Below, in pieces: positions 48,612 to 61,580 of a stretch of DNA of 64,000 nt. The stretch is taken from positions 29,388,001-29,452,000 of the forward strand of contig CM126226.1 of NCBI GenBank assembly GCA_052327205.1, given 5' to 3'. Source of the stretch: Somniosus microcephalus. Lineage: Eukaryota. The notes beneath the pieces were generated by a model. The model was not told the origin of the DNA. It did not search any database and saw nothing but the letters and a program-made list of their open reading frames with translations. The position numbers were made by a program, and so were the translations under genes. Every line of letters begins with the position of its first letter. Position 1 is the stretch's first letter.

Positions 48612-49015
48612 AAGAACTTGTATTTATATAGCATCTTTTATGACCTCAGGACATAGCAAAGTACCTTTTACAACCAATTAAGTACTTTTGAAGTGTGGTC
48701 ACTGTTGTAAGGCAAGAAACAAGACAGCCAATTTGCACACAGCAAGCTCCCACAAACAGCAATGAGATAATAACCAAATCATCTGTTTTAGTGATGTTGG
48801 TTGAGGGATAAATATTGGTCAGGACACTGGGGAGAACTCCCCTGCTCTTCTTTGAATGGTGCCATGGGATCTTTCACCTCCACTCGAGAGGTTGAATGTC
48901 TCATCCGAAAGACGGCATCTCCAACAGTGCAGCACTCCCTCAGTACTGAACCGGAGTGACAGCCTAGTTTTTGTGCTCAAGTCCCTGCAGTGGGACTTGA
49001 ACCCACAACCTTCCA

Positions 49016-49046
<31 letters not shown>

Positions 49047-49056
49047 CTGGCTGACC
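48612..49056 (-). mobile_element. DeuSINE (SacSINE1-like), tail-to-tail with the previous copy
   Basis: Reverse complement of the same family, with A and B boxes at ~48990-49050. Confidence 0.85.
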
Positions 49057-50984
49057 CCTTATTATGGAATGAAACACAAACTATTTGCAAAACCCCAAAG
49101 ATGACTTGGAATGACTGGGTCCTAAAGCATAAACACACCCCATTGTCCAAATTGGCCTGCATTTCTCGTACAAGCAGTCTTCAATAACTGCGGAGCTGGT
49201 ACACAAGGACAGCAAGAATTGTTCATCTCTCAAACTGTGCTCACTGCCTTTGGGTTGTCCCAATTCATCTGAACATTAATCATCAGAATCAAAAGGGAAC
49301 GAGAGTCCCTTTGACAGCAACTCAAGACACATTTTCATATTCTAGAGGACATTCACTGACAGGGTCGTGTCGGCACTGACATCCTGCTTAATAATGATGT
49401 CAAACAGCTGCCCAAATAGCAAGAGACCTCAAATGGCACAGCTGCTTTATAGCGGAGACCCTGGGAGAGCAGGAATGGTGAGGCTGCTTTGTTCGAGCTA
49501 AGAGCTCATATTGAGCCAGGCTTGCAGTTAATAGAATAGGAATGTCTATCTCGGCAGCAGTAATACTAATGCACTCAGGAGCGAGGCTGACATGCTCAGG
49601 GCTCAGTCAGAATGCCCGGCTATTCTGTCTATTCATTGTTAACAAAGTGAAGCCGGGCCCCTACAGGCTGCCTCAATACTGCTCGTTGTTGAGGGATTAA
49701 CACTGGTTCTGTATCTGTCGTATTCCCGTGGCCTGGTACGCACCCAATAGTACATGGTATTTCATGAATGGAAAAGGTTTAGATCACATGGGACCAATGA
49801 CCCACGAATAAATTTTAGCATTCATCACAAAACTATGGTGTTTCTTTCAAAATGAGAGTTCAATTGTTCCCCCCAAACAGGAGAGAGATCCTGAGGATGT
49901 GGGGACATCCTCTTTGTGCCTGGTGCTAGCAGTAGAGACCAGACTGCATGGCGCAGCACATACCAGGAGAGATCACGCCCAGAGCACCCTTGGAATGAAA
50001 AAAAAATCACAGGAAGGAGTTTTGTCTACCAGAGCAACACCCTCCTCTACCCCACCCCCTCCACTTCAAGTGCTGGGCTGGCCTCTTCTGACAGTCTTGG
50101 TGAACATACAGTTTGAGCGAAGTAACACTGCTCTGTTATTGGGAGGGTAGATTTCCGCCTGATCAGGAGGATACACATCTGCTAACACAGTTCAAAAGCA
50201 CTCAGAATTCCCATGTAAAGCAGAGATCGTCTTCGTCTCCTGTGGAGAGGAGGAATTCTAAGAATATCTCAGTTTGTTTATTCTGGGTCACTGGTGAGTT
50301 TCCAGTTTGGGGCAGAAATCGGATGCAAGATTATGGTACAACAGTGGCTTCACGTCTCTGCTGGACCTGTATTGTTGGATACAGTACCAAAAAGGAAAAC
50401 ACTTTTAAACTCAAGCGGGATTATACGGAGGAGAACTCTCTAGAAGGGCCTCTTCTCTAGGAGTTGCATGATTACCTACGCACACTGGGGCAGGAATTCC
50501 TCAGGCCTTCCGGCAGCAGAAGAGCTGGAAAGCAGACCAGGACCTGGACATGCCTGATCCCGGCCTTACATCGGAGATCCTACTCGATCTTCCAAGGGAC
50601 AGAGCGCCCGCCCACCCATTACAAAGCCACTGAGTGTTCCGGGGCAGGGGCTCCTTACATTGGGACCTTAGCCTGGTGGAAGGTCGGGGAATCTTTGGAG
50701 ACTGGTACACCCACGAGGAAGAGGCCTTTATTGCCAGATGTGAAGACCACTTTGGGGCTCCAGGGAAGCAGCCTGGACTGTAGAAGCTCAATTTTAGCAT
50801 CTGTAATACAGCCCCCTTACAAAGGGGACTGTTGGAGGCTGAATCGGAATGTTTTCAGGGGCCTTTAACATCCCTCTGGCCTGGACAGCAAGGCTGCATT
50901 TGTGGCATCCTGCAATAGTCAGGAACCAGAGATGTACTCCTAGTGGTTTGGGCACCAACCAGCATTATTTAAAACGGGTGAACG

Positions 50985-51625
50985 GCCACTGACCCGCGTA
51001 TTCGGGCACGGTCAGTGTTGGAGGTTACCAGTGGGCATGATCCTAGCATAATGGAAGTCAGCGGTCTTTATAAGAGGGAATATGGGGTCAGAAACTAAGT
51101 TCAGTGTCAAACAGGATGCTGATGTTGCAAACGGTCTGATTAAACCGGATATAGTGGCCGGAGGAATTGGTGTGACGAGGCCGCATACAATGATTTTAGT
51201 CTAACTGATGTTGAGCTGGAGGAAGTCGTGACCCATCCAAGACTGAATGTTGGACAATCTAACAGCACAAGTTGTAGAGTGGTAGAGAAGTAGAGCTGGG
51301 TGTCATTGGAATACAGTGGAAGCTGTACCCCTGCATGAAAGAGGAGTGAGCCTGGGATAGATTCTTGGGAGTCTCCGGAGGTGACGGCGTGGGGAAGAAG
51401 AGAAGTCATTGTGGGAAATGAACTGGCCAGGTTTAGACAGACCCACAAAGCTGAATGATGGAGAAGAGGTGTTGGAGCAGGATGGTGAGGTCAACCTTGT
51501 CAAATACCAGAGAGGTTGAGGAGAATGAGGGTGGGTAAAGGAGGATGGTCACAGTCACAGTCACAAGGGATGTTGTTCGTGACTTTGAATAGGGCTGTTC
51601 AGTGCTGCGGGAAGTGCTAGTCACG
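50985..51625 (-). mobile_element. Degenerate L2-type RT fragment
   Basis: Minus-strand peptides FDKVDLTILLQHL and LYSNDTQLYFSTT (decayed YADD motif). Confidence 0.65.
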
Positions 51626-52109
51626 GCTTTCTTACAGTTTCAAGGAGATGATCTCTTCACACTGGCATTTCCTGGGTGGGGAGATCATACATTATAACTT
51701 AAGCATCAAATAACAGGTCTGTAAATCAGTAACAGAATGTAAACACGCAGCCCAGCTGCCTTTTTTCTAATCGGGATGAGTGTCCCTGCCAACACACCAA
51801 GGGTAAAGCACCGTGACCTTCACCACAAGAGGGGCTGTCCTGTGTGGAAAGATGAACAAATAGCATTTACACCAAAATGTAGCAGTTTCGAACCTGCTGA
51901 ATCCAACATCATTTACTCTGCTGGCATTCCCAACCTGTTCCAAAGGAAAAGGTGGAAAGATGAAATGCGGTCACTGGGAAGCACAGATTTTGTGCCAGTT
52001 CTTCAGGTGTAAGTGGCACAGTCAATGTGGTTAATGTATGATGGAACCTTAAAACCAGAAGCTATCATCTGAGCTAAATCTGAGCTAACTTCAAATTGGA
52101 GTTAATTCA

Positions 52110-53130
52110 GAACAACTTGTATTTACATTACAAGTAGAAAAACTGCTCCCAGCAGAAGAAAGGAATGGACACCAAGCCCCAAGCCCCAGTAGGTAGTTAA
52201 GGATGTGACCAAAATTTCAGTCAAGGAGATGAAATTTTCAGGAGGCTTTTGATCATGGAGAGGCAGAAGAGTTAGGGAGGGCTGTTGCAGAAGGAGTATA
52301 AGGGTAAGGAAGTTTTGCTACAATTGTACAGGGCCTTGGTGAGACACACCTGGAGTACTGTGCACAGTTTTGGTCTCCTTATCTAAGGAAGGATATACTT
52401 GCCTTGGAGGCGGTGCAACGAAGGTTCACTAGATTGATTCCTGGGATGAGAGGGCTGTCCTATGATGAGAGATTGTGTAGAATGGGCCGATACTCTCTGG
52501 AGTTTAGAAGAATGAGAGGTGATCTCATTGAAACATACAAGATTCTGAAGGGGATTGACAGGGTAGATGCTGAGAGGTTGTTTCCCCTGGCTGGAGTGTC
52601 TAGAACTAGGGGGCATAGTCTCAGGATAAGGGGTCGGCCATTTAAGACTGAGATGAGGAGGAATTTCTTCACTCAGAGGGTTGTGAATCTTTGGAATTCT
52701 CTGCCCCAGAGGGCTGTGAATGCCGAGTCTTTGAGTATATTCAAGGCTGAGATAGATAGATTTTTGGACTCTAGGGGAATCAAGGGATATGGAGATCAGG
52801 CAGAAAAGTGTAGTTGAGGTCGATGATCAGCCATGGTCTTATTGAATGGCGGAGCAGGCTCGAGGGGCCATATGACCTACTCCTGTTCTTATTTCTTATG
52901 TTCTTAAGATCAAGGCAACTGAAGGCTCTGTCACTAATGGTGGACTGGGGGTGGGTAGGGAAGAAGACCAGGGTTAAAGAACCTGAGGGCATGGGAGGAA
53001 ATACAAGACTTCAGCAAGTTGCAGAGGTAGGGTGGGATAAAACTAAAGGGACAAGCAGATCAAAGCCCTCAGATTATTTCTATCAATCTTTAGGTAAAAC
53101 ATGCTTAGCAATCTGAGCAGGACTATAGGA
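52110..53130 (-). mobile_element. Old L2-type 3' region interrupted by CR1
   Basis: Similar to 1-95 and 690-940; continues on both sides of the CR1 at 52293-52907. Confidence 0.45.
52293..52907 (+). mobile_element. CR1 LINE 3' fragment (young)
   Basis: EAVQRRFTRLIPGMRGLSY..FFTQRVVNLWNSLPQ, with a (TTCTTA)n tail; very similar to the copy at 22028. Confidence 0.93.
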
Positions 53131-56100
53131 CGGGATGTCAGTTTACAAATCAGAGCTGTTTATTTTATTAAAGAAACACCCACAACTTAGATTCAGACTT
53201 TTCTTTTGAAAGAACATACAAAAGGAGGGTTGGAATGTGTGTTGGCGAATTTTTGAATGAGATCTAGTCTGACATTGCAGATTGAACAGTTCAAAGGTTG
53301 CCAAGGTCATGTCGCGTGTATTTAATCGTTAAGGTTTCGAGGTAGGTGTTTCATAGCAGACGAGAAGCAGCACCATCTCCAAGATATGGTCCTGGCGACA
53401 GTGCCTCTACCTCATTTCAAATGCATTATGACTGACTGGGGCTCATCTGGGGAAGAGAAAGAACAGCCAGACAGAAAGAGGTCACAGTTCTTAACCTTTC
53501 TGTAAGTGAGCAGAGTTGAAAGGAAGTTGAAAGCCCAGGGTTTTATCACGTAGGGTGCACAGGGCTTTAGGAAAGGATAATGACTCGTCATTAGGAGCGA
53601 GCTGTCAGCACCAGCCTGGCTACAGTTCCGTTCTGTGTGATCCTCCAATTAACTAGCAACACAAACACAAATGCATCAGTCCCTCAGGGACAATGAGGCC
53701 TCAACAATCAGACTGGAGCATTTACGGAGAAGGATATGACCTGGAAAATGGGGCGGTGATCGGCTAGATTGGACTGGCAGGTATCAGAGCCAGACTGGTA
53801 CACCATGAGCCTGATTTAGGAAGGTGCCCGGTCAGTAAAACAATTCAGTGAGTACACTGGCAATGTCACAAGGTACAAATCGACATGCAATAGCATTCCA
53901 GAGATACTGGAAAGGCATTCACACTGGCCACAGCTGCCAACGAGTATGGAATGCAAACAAACTGCAGGCCAACATAACCCTCTTTACCGCACTGCCCCCC
54001 TCACCAAAGTCACCGAGTGCCACTGGCATACAGTCTCAAAAGGTGCCAACTGGCCTCTAGTGCCTCACCCTAGGGACCATTCTTCATAGGTCAGCCTAGA
54101 CAGAAAGTGTTGCCAGACTATTTGATCATGCGGGGCTTCACACAAACCCAATCCTATCTACATCCGATGTTCACACATGCACTTTCCAGAGGAGGGAAGC
54201 GAGATAGTGATCAGGAGCTGGAGTTTCCTTTGCCTAATCCAAAGGCTCTGAAGTAAATTGTAGCACCCCAGCTACTGGTTGAGATCAGCTAACAGTACAG
54301 TGAGGGGGTCGAACCCAAGGGCTTCCCCCCACCTTCCAACCACGCATGGCACTGCCTACCTGCAGTCAAGCAACAGCCATCTGTGGCAACAATTGAGACG
54401 CACAAGAGAAAACCCGGACGCAGCAAAACAGACGAGTTGTCCCCAGATGGAAGCAATGATAGCTCAACACCCCAGGTCTGCTGGTGGACAAGTGGATGAG
54501 GGTCCAATTAATGAGGGAGCTGAATGAGCCACGACAGAGAACACAGAAAGAAAGTGCAAAGCACGAGGAGAGAACTCAGTGAGGAACTGAAGAAAATCAA
54601 GAGCAATTAATGACAAGGATCAGAGTGAAGGGATGAGGGAACCCTGAAGAAAAAAAGGACACCATGAACTAGAGTGGATTGGTTAGAAAACAGAGCCATT
54701 CGGAGGGACAACTGGATATACATTTTGGGAATTGAGTGAAGAAGCCAAGGAGCAAAGGCTTAAATGTAGGGTAATTGCACAAGTGATTGTGTTCTGAAGG
54801 AGTTGGGTCATAAGCACCACAATCATTTATACAATAGGAAATCTGTTTGGTCACACAGTGCCAATGGTCTGCTGTCCTTGTTACCCATTTAACAGCAGGC
54901 CTGGAGCAGTCTGTTAAAGAACATCAGGCGATGGTCAAGATCTGGCTTTTATGTTCAGTGCCATATTGGTTTGCCTAGAAGAATATCAGTATTTGCATAA
55001 TTGTTTAGAAGAGAAAGAGAGCAAGGGAAAAACCAGGGCTGGAATCGAGCCAAGGAGCCTCATTCATCTTCTGGAGGACGACAAGTCAGTGCTTTCCTGA
55101 TGCTGCCCCACATCTGGAGCAGGGAGAGGAAGTTCGGAGTTTTTGCTGGAGTTACTGTGCACATCCTGCGGAACTATTGATTCAAATCTTTGAATAGAAT
55201 GATGTCATCCAGTGTGAATCGCCGGGTTTCACTTAAAATCCAGTAGGATTTTAAAAAATTTCCAAGAATATATTCATGCTGTAAATATACTAAATATCTT
55301 TCACCCATCTCCTAACCCGGTGCTGCCAATTCCAGTCCTGGGCACACCTGGAATGCACAATGCAGACCTGTGGTTGAACATTAAAAAAAAAGACAACTGG
55401 GTTCAGCGGACTCTTCTCTGCCTGTGAGGTCTGGCGAGTGGTGGTTCCTGACTGATGGGGTCGGACTCTCCTGATGGCGACATGATTCTGAGGAACCATA
55501 CACTGGACAGCCTGAGGGAATGGGCATCATTACCAACCGAGTCAGCGAGCGCACTCCAACTCTTGGGAAATGGTGGCAAGGAGTCCGGGGAAAACAAGCC
55601 CAGACATATCCACCATCAAACTCTAGCCCACAACCAAGGAAATGAGCAAACCCTTCAAGAATGTCAGCAAGAATTCAGACTCCGTAATGCCACACTGCAA
55701 CTTCAAACTGTGTCAGACTGAAACACGCTGGGCCCGTACGAGGCAGGACTGGGCCTGTTCAAATATTGACACAGGAGGCCATTATGAAAAGCCTTTATTT
55801 TGCACTTACTAATCAGGGTGTATCCAGAATGTCTACAGATTAACTCATTTAATGCCAAATTTCAGTTCCAATTTCTAGGTGAATTATTTCCCCTTCTTTT
55901 CCTGGCGACTTCTCTCCTCTCCCGAAGGCGATGTCACTGGTCCCCCGTCCCGCCACCCCACCCCAACCCGCCACCAGGGCCTATCCCAAGTGCCGATTCG
56001 TCATGTATGAATTTGAATAATGAGTGTAAGCAGGATATTTTTTGGGAGGAACATTATGACCAAGTCCCATTCTATTCTCGCCCAGCATACACACCCTGGA

Positions 56101-57802
56101 CAGCAAACAGGAGCCAGAACCCTGGGCAATTATTGCCTTGCTGGCCCAGGAACAGAGTCTAATTGTACCAACTCTGCCACAGCCCTGGCCACTACTTTAG
56201 CACAGACCAAATATCCCTGGGACTTTCCTGGTCAGAACGGCTCAGATTCTCACTGCCTTAACTAGCCAAACCACTGAGCGAGTATTTCTACGCAATTAGT
56301 CACTGCATAAGCAGTGTGCGCTCTTTCACCCCACTCTGTAATCCACATCAGCACATCAAACCACGGAATGATAATGTAACAAACTTTTGCCATGCGTCTG
56401 TCCATAGGAGTAATTTGCAGTAAACGTCCATTCAACAAGGCTGGAAAGAGGTTTTATTTTGGGAGAGGGAATGGGAAGTCTATTAAAACAAACTTTTTTT
56501 TGTGCGACCTCAAACTTTATGGCAGAATCGCACTGCGCCGCGCCAAGTGAAGGGTTGGAAACAGGACTCACTGGGGACTTAACATATTTTGGACAAGACA
56601 GCGTGTCTCCACTAGCACAAGCATTCCAAGAATCAGGCCCCAGGTCAGTAACATGTTGGAATGGGTCGACAACAAGAGCCAATTACATCTGCATAAAGAC
56701 AGGGGAATCTGTCCCAGCTGCAATTTTGGAAACTTTCATAAAGTGCTAGAAATACACAGCAGGTCTAAGAGGGGACAATTTTTGTTAATGTTTCATGGAA
56801 AGATCTTTCATTAGAACTGAAGCGTCTCCAGCCAAAGCAATGACCCGACTTTTCCCTTTCAAATACTGACAAACCTCTTGTGCATTTCCAGCGTTGGAGG
56901 TGCTTTACTTTGTCTAAACTTTCTGGTTGACCAACCTGAAGGGATTTTTCAAGTCACTCATATACTGGAATAGGTTACTGAGTACAAGGTTAGAAAATTG
57001 ATTTGGGTTCAAATTCAGCCCAGGCAGAGGGGATGAAGGCTTCCTCTCTCCTATGGGCAGAGAGGCAGGGCACGGAACAGTCTTTTTGCCTTTAGGACAA
57101 AGCCCAGCTGGATAAAAGTCTCCTCTCCTGCTGTGATGGGCCCAGGACTGATGTGAATCAGCAGCTTAAGTGCATATTTATGGCTTGACACTGCCCTAGA
57201 GTCACTCCACAGTAAAATTGGATACTGGGATAGGGCTAAAGAGAGGAAATTAAAAACATAATAATCACAGCTGAGTCCATAATGGCACCCATAAATTAGC
57301 ACATGGAAAATTAAATGCATTCCCATTTACTACAGGATATGGCGACGACGCTGTGACAAGACTTGCACAAACTCAGATTAAATGTTACGTAGGTGACTGC
57401 TCCTGTATAGCCAAGGGCTACTGGACAGATACTAAAGCACAAGGTTAGCCCTAATACAGCCTAATGGACTACCTGGCTGATCCTTGCACTGTCGGAGTTG
57501 CTGTTCACGTCGGCATTGAGCCCACAATTGCCGCAAGTAGTTTCTCATATCAATCATCACTGTACAAGAGACTGCATCACTAAGCAGTATATGCATTTTT
57601 TTCTTCTTTCCTTCCCTGAAGGCACTGACTTGTGACTGGAGTACGGTTCCATGGGTGGCAGGTATCCTGGTATCTCCCTCTAGTATGCATTCTTCATGTG
57701 TCAGCCTCAAATGATTTTTTCCCTCTTCCCTGGCTTAAATGCACTGAAGCTAATCGCAACTCCCAAATCAGATCAGTTAACTGGGGATGGCACCCAAGAG
57801 GT

Positions 57803-58012
57803 TTAATTCATTTTCAGGATGTTAGCAGCACTGGCATGGCCATCATTTATTGCCTATCCCTAGTTGCCCTGTGGGCCTTCTAGTAGTTTGATACAACAGA
57901 GTGGCTTGTTACTTCAGAGGCAGTTAAGAGCCAACCACGTTGGGTTGGGACTGGAGTCACATATAGGCCAGACCGGGTAAAGGCAGCAGATTTCCTTTCT
58001 TAAGGGGCATTA
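57803..58012 (-). mobile_element. Bipartite SINE-like derivative of the LINE at 4231-8775
   Basis: 57806-57870 matches the LINE 3' tail (4245-4312). 57898-58012 matches the LINE 5' UTR (7200-7320). Confidence 0.75.
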
Positions 58013-60149
58013 CTCCTGGTGTACGCAGCTTAGCAGCACACCAAGCACTGCGTTTAGCCAGAGTCTTGGGGAGAGCAGATAGAAATCACAGGAACTACAG
58101 CACAGGAGGCCATTCAGCTAATCGCACCTGTGCCAGATTGCAACCTGGTTAACCCTAGCATTTGCGTATATTGGGGAAAAAAAGGTTTATTAGATGATTA
58201 ACAAGAAATAGCAATATCTGAAAAGTAGGGGCTCAGATCACTGAGGTAGAGTGAAAATTCTCCAGACATTTAATAGTCTCATTATACAGGGGACAATGAC
58301 TGTGAAATGTCTGGTGTGTTTACAGGGAAAAATAAATCAGTCTTGTCATTATCCTCCTAGACCCCCGGGGCATGGAGTCTCTAACTCAGGAAAGATCCCA
58401 ATAGATCGTTAACTGATGCCAGAAGCTCAGTCATGCTCTTGTGTCCCTCACCGAAATACTACAGGCATTTAGTTATCAGTCAAATGTCTTTTATGAAAAG
58501 ATGATGAAAGAAAAACTTCCAGAAGGCCTAAAGCTTGTTTGCCTTCAGATTGATTGCGCTATTAAAAGCTAGAATGGGATCATGCCTAAACACACAGAAA
58601 AACACTAACATGGAGCCAAGCAACCCTCCGCCCACACAAAAAAAAATCAGAAAATCTCAAAACTGTGACAGGGTTAAGGAAGGAACTGACTGACCATCCA
58701 ACTTAAAAGATAACAGGGTGACTCATGCAAAAAACATTAGGTGGGGCAGAGCAAAGACAGAGATGCTTGTCCAGTTATCAGGCTAGCTGGAAAAGGAGAA
58801 GCTTTATAGCAGTAACCGAGCCACACTCTGGCACATCGAGATAAGACTCGATCTTTCCTGGCCTGCGAGCACGTCGATAAAACCAAGAATGACCGAGAAA
58901 AGGAAAGAAAGTGCCCGAAAGAGACGTGGAACAGCAAGTCCTCTGTGGCATTGACCTAGAGTGGATATTTTGTTTGTTTAAATGCTTCCTCCAAGGGAAA
59001 CAAAAATGGATACTCCTTTGGGAACCAAAAAAAAACTGAAATCAGGTCAAAGCTGGGGGGTGGGGTTGGAACCACTTGTTGGTGTTTGTGGGGCGTCTCC
59101 ATGCCGAGTGGAGAACAATGCATCGGTTTTCGCATTTCAGGGTCCAAGGGCCAGTTCACAAGAGTTTATTAGTACACCAGCAATTTCAGGTTTTCGGTAG
59201 CCAGAGGCTGGTTATGATGGATAGAATCCAGCCACCCACTCATTGTATGTGGTTCACCATCATGGGGGGATTCATCTCAGGCCCGTGTCACCACCCAGCC
59301 CACAAGCAGCAGGCCGGTCACATGGACTATTCCAGCTAACAGTCACCACCCCAGTCTTTGGTCAGCCAAACAGTTCCCTGTGGCTTTCCGTTTTAGGTTC
59401 ATATCCAAGACACAACGTTCTTGTGGCTGACAATCTAGCCACAATTCAACAGTAAATTTATATGACTGCGCAAAATAAAATCCCAACGAAAAAGGAAATA
59501 ACACCAAAGATTTTCAGTGAAAAGTGCTGAATAAAGTAGTGGGGTCGCAGCCGGCAGCGGACAACACCAGCGTACACACCGTGAACTTAGAAACACATTG
59601 GGGATAAACTTTAAAACAAAAATACAAACATTGCATCAGCACAAAATGTCGAAACGAAGCCAGGTTCAACCTCCCACCTTTTTTCACTCCCATATAATTA
59701 AGGAACCCAGGTGCTGGGGGAGGGGCATAGTGCAGAACAGCAGCAAGGCTAACGTCGTAGGAGAGACCGGGTAAGTCAAGAAGCGTTGATTAGCTGACGC
59801 CAATGGAGTTTGTTTAATCTCTGCTCCTGGGCACCGTTCTAGATTTGGAATGGTACAATACCCGTTCCCTACAGAGATACTGGCAAAACCAAAGTTAGAG
59901 GCCTTCAGATACCTCACTCGGTGGCTGATTTTACACAAAAGGAAGTTTGTTCTGCTTAAGGGATGTGATCGAGATAGCAAAAGCATATATCCGACAGGGA
60001 AATTGACAAAGCTCTCGACATGGAGCAGACAAGCCCAATTCCAGAGTCACCAGCAGTCTGGCTTTTGAGCGAGATATCTATAAGTTTCTAAACTGCAACC
60101 CACACATCACCGGTCTGATTGTTAAAATGGAGACTCAATTTTTCCGATA

Positions 60150-60270
60150 GCAAAATACTGCAGATGCTGGAAATCCGAAATAACAACAGAAAATGCTGGA
60201 AAAACTCAGCAGGCCAGGCAACATCTGTGGAGAGAGAAATAGAGTCAACGTTTCAGGTCGAAACCCTTTG
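60150..60270 (-). mobile_element. Penelope pseudo-LTR fragment
   Basis: GCAAAATACTGCAGATGCTGGAAATC..AACTCAGCAGG..AACGTTTCAGGTCG matches 8590-8707. Confidence 0.8.
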
Positions 60271-60839
60271 ACTCAATTTTTCCTCTATCTTTTGTGTTTC
60301 GTGATGTGCAGACAGTAATTATTGAGGTTATCAAAGTTTTCTTTTTTTTTAAACTTTAATGAAGTCATTGTGTATATTGTGAAGCAATTGTAAAATGAAC
60401 TGCATGTTCATATACACTTTACTCATTATACTTTTAGGTGAATATTCCCATATATATTTTATGAAACAATTACACATATCAATTACACGGTGCTTGTGGG
60501 AGGAGTGCATCGATGTATCCTAACCTCCTGGCATGACCATGCTGGGCAGAAAGTTGAGGCAACTTGTTTGGTCTTGGTTTCTGAGGGTTAGTTAGGCTGG
60601 GGGTGAGAGGGGGGAGTCCCTGTTGTCACCATGTCAGTTAGGGTTGCTGTCCTTTGTGGCCAGTGGTGGGAACAGGTTGCGTTTTCAATAAATCTTGATC
60701 ATCAGTAAATCCAGACCTCAGAACTCGAGCCACGATCCCACTTTCTGTCCTACCCCTATCCTGCTGTCTACTGGTTTTAAACTTCGGAGAAGACAGCAAC
60801 CCAACCCAACTGTGACTTTCCCAATGAACAGACAGATAA

Positions 60840-61240
60840 AAGAACATAAAGGAGCAAGATTAGGCCATTCAGCCCCTCGAACCTGCTCCGCCATTTATTC
60901 AGATCATGGCTGATCTGTAACTCAATCCATTTTCCCACCTTTGCTCCATATCCCTTGCCTAATAAAACTCTTATCGATCGCAGTCTTGAAAGCTCTAACT
61001 GTCCCAGCATCCACAGCCTTTGGAAGAAAGTGTGTTTCAGATTTCTACTAGCCTTTGAGTGAAGAAGTGCTTCCTGATTTTTGTCCCCGAATGACCTAGC
61101 TCTAATTTTACGATTATGTCCCCTTGTTCTTGATTTCTCCCCACCAGAGGAAACAGTTTCTCTGTATCTACCTTATCAAATCCTTTTAAGATTTTAAACA
61201 CCTTGATCCGATCACCCTGCAATCTTCTATACTCAAAGAC
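60840..61240 (-). mobile_element. CR1 LINE 3' fragment
   Basis: EYRRLQGDRIKVFKILKGFD..HFFTQRLVEI plus the CR1 3' UTR. Confidence 0.85.
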
Positions 61241-61244
61241 ACAC

Positions 61245-61580
61245 CCTGTAGTGTAGCACCAAAACATGCTGATCAGAAGGTCCCAGCTTCAGCCCCAGTC
61301 CGTACGGAGTTAGCACATCTCACTGGAGGTGGTATTTTTTTTTACTGGATTAGGGAGGAAAGCGGAGGCAAGGTTCCTGCTCCTGAGCACTATCCAATAA
61401 CCTGGAAAGTGCATGTGGTTGTCAGCTGAGGAGGGGACAGTGCCCGGCTGTGCTGCCCCTGTGGTTAACATCCTGCTGCTGTGACCTGCCGTGTGCACAC
61501 AATGAAGAATGGCCATTTGGGTGAGGTAATGGAAGAGTGGCTGGTGCCCAGGGACCCTGTACCCCAGCAAGAGTGAACAC
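61245..61580 (+). mobile_element. Ancient unclassified SINE-like repeat (one of several copies)
   Basis: Shares blocks with 42200-42520 and 44235-44560 (+), and with 31840-32200, 40440-40740, 54030-54330 and 55980-56280 (-). Confidence 0.45.
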
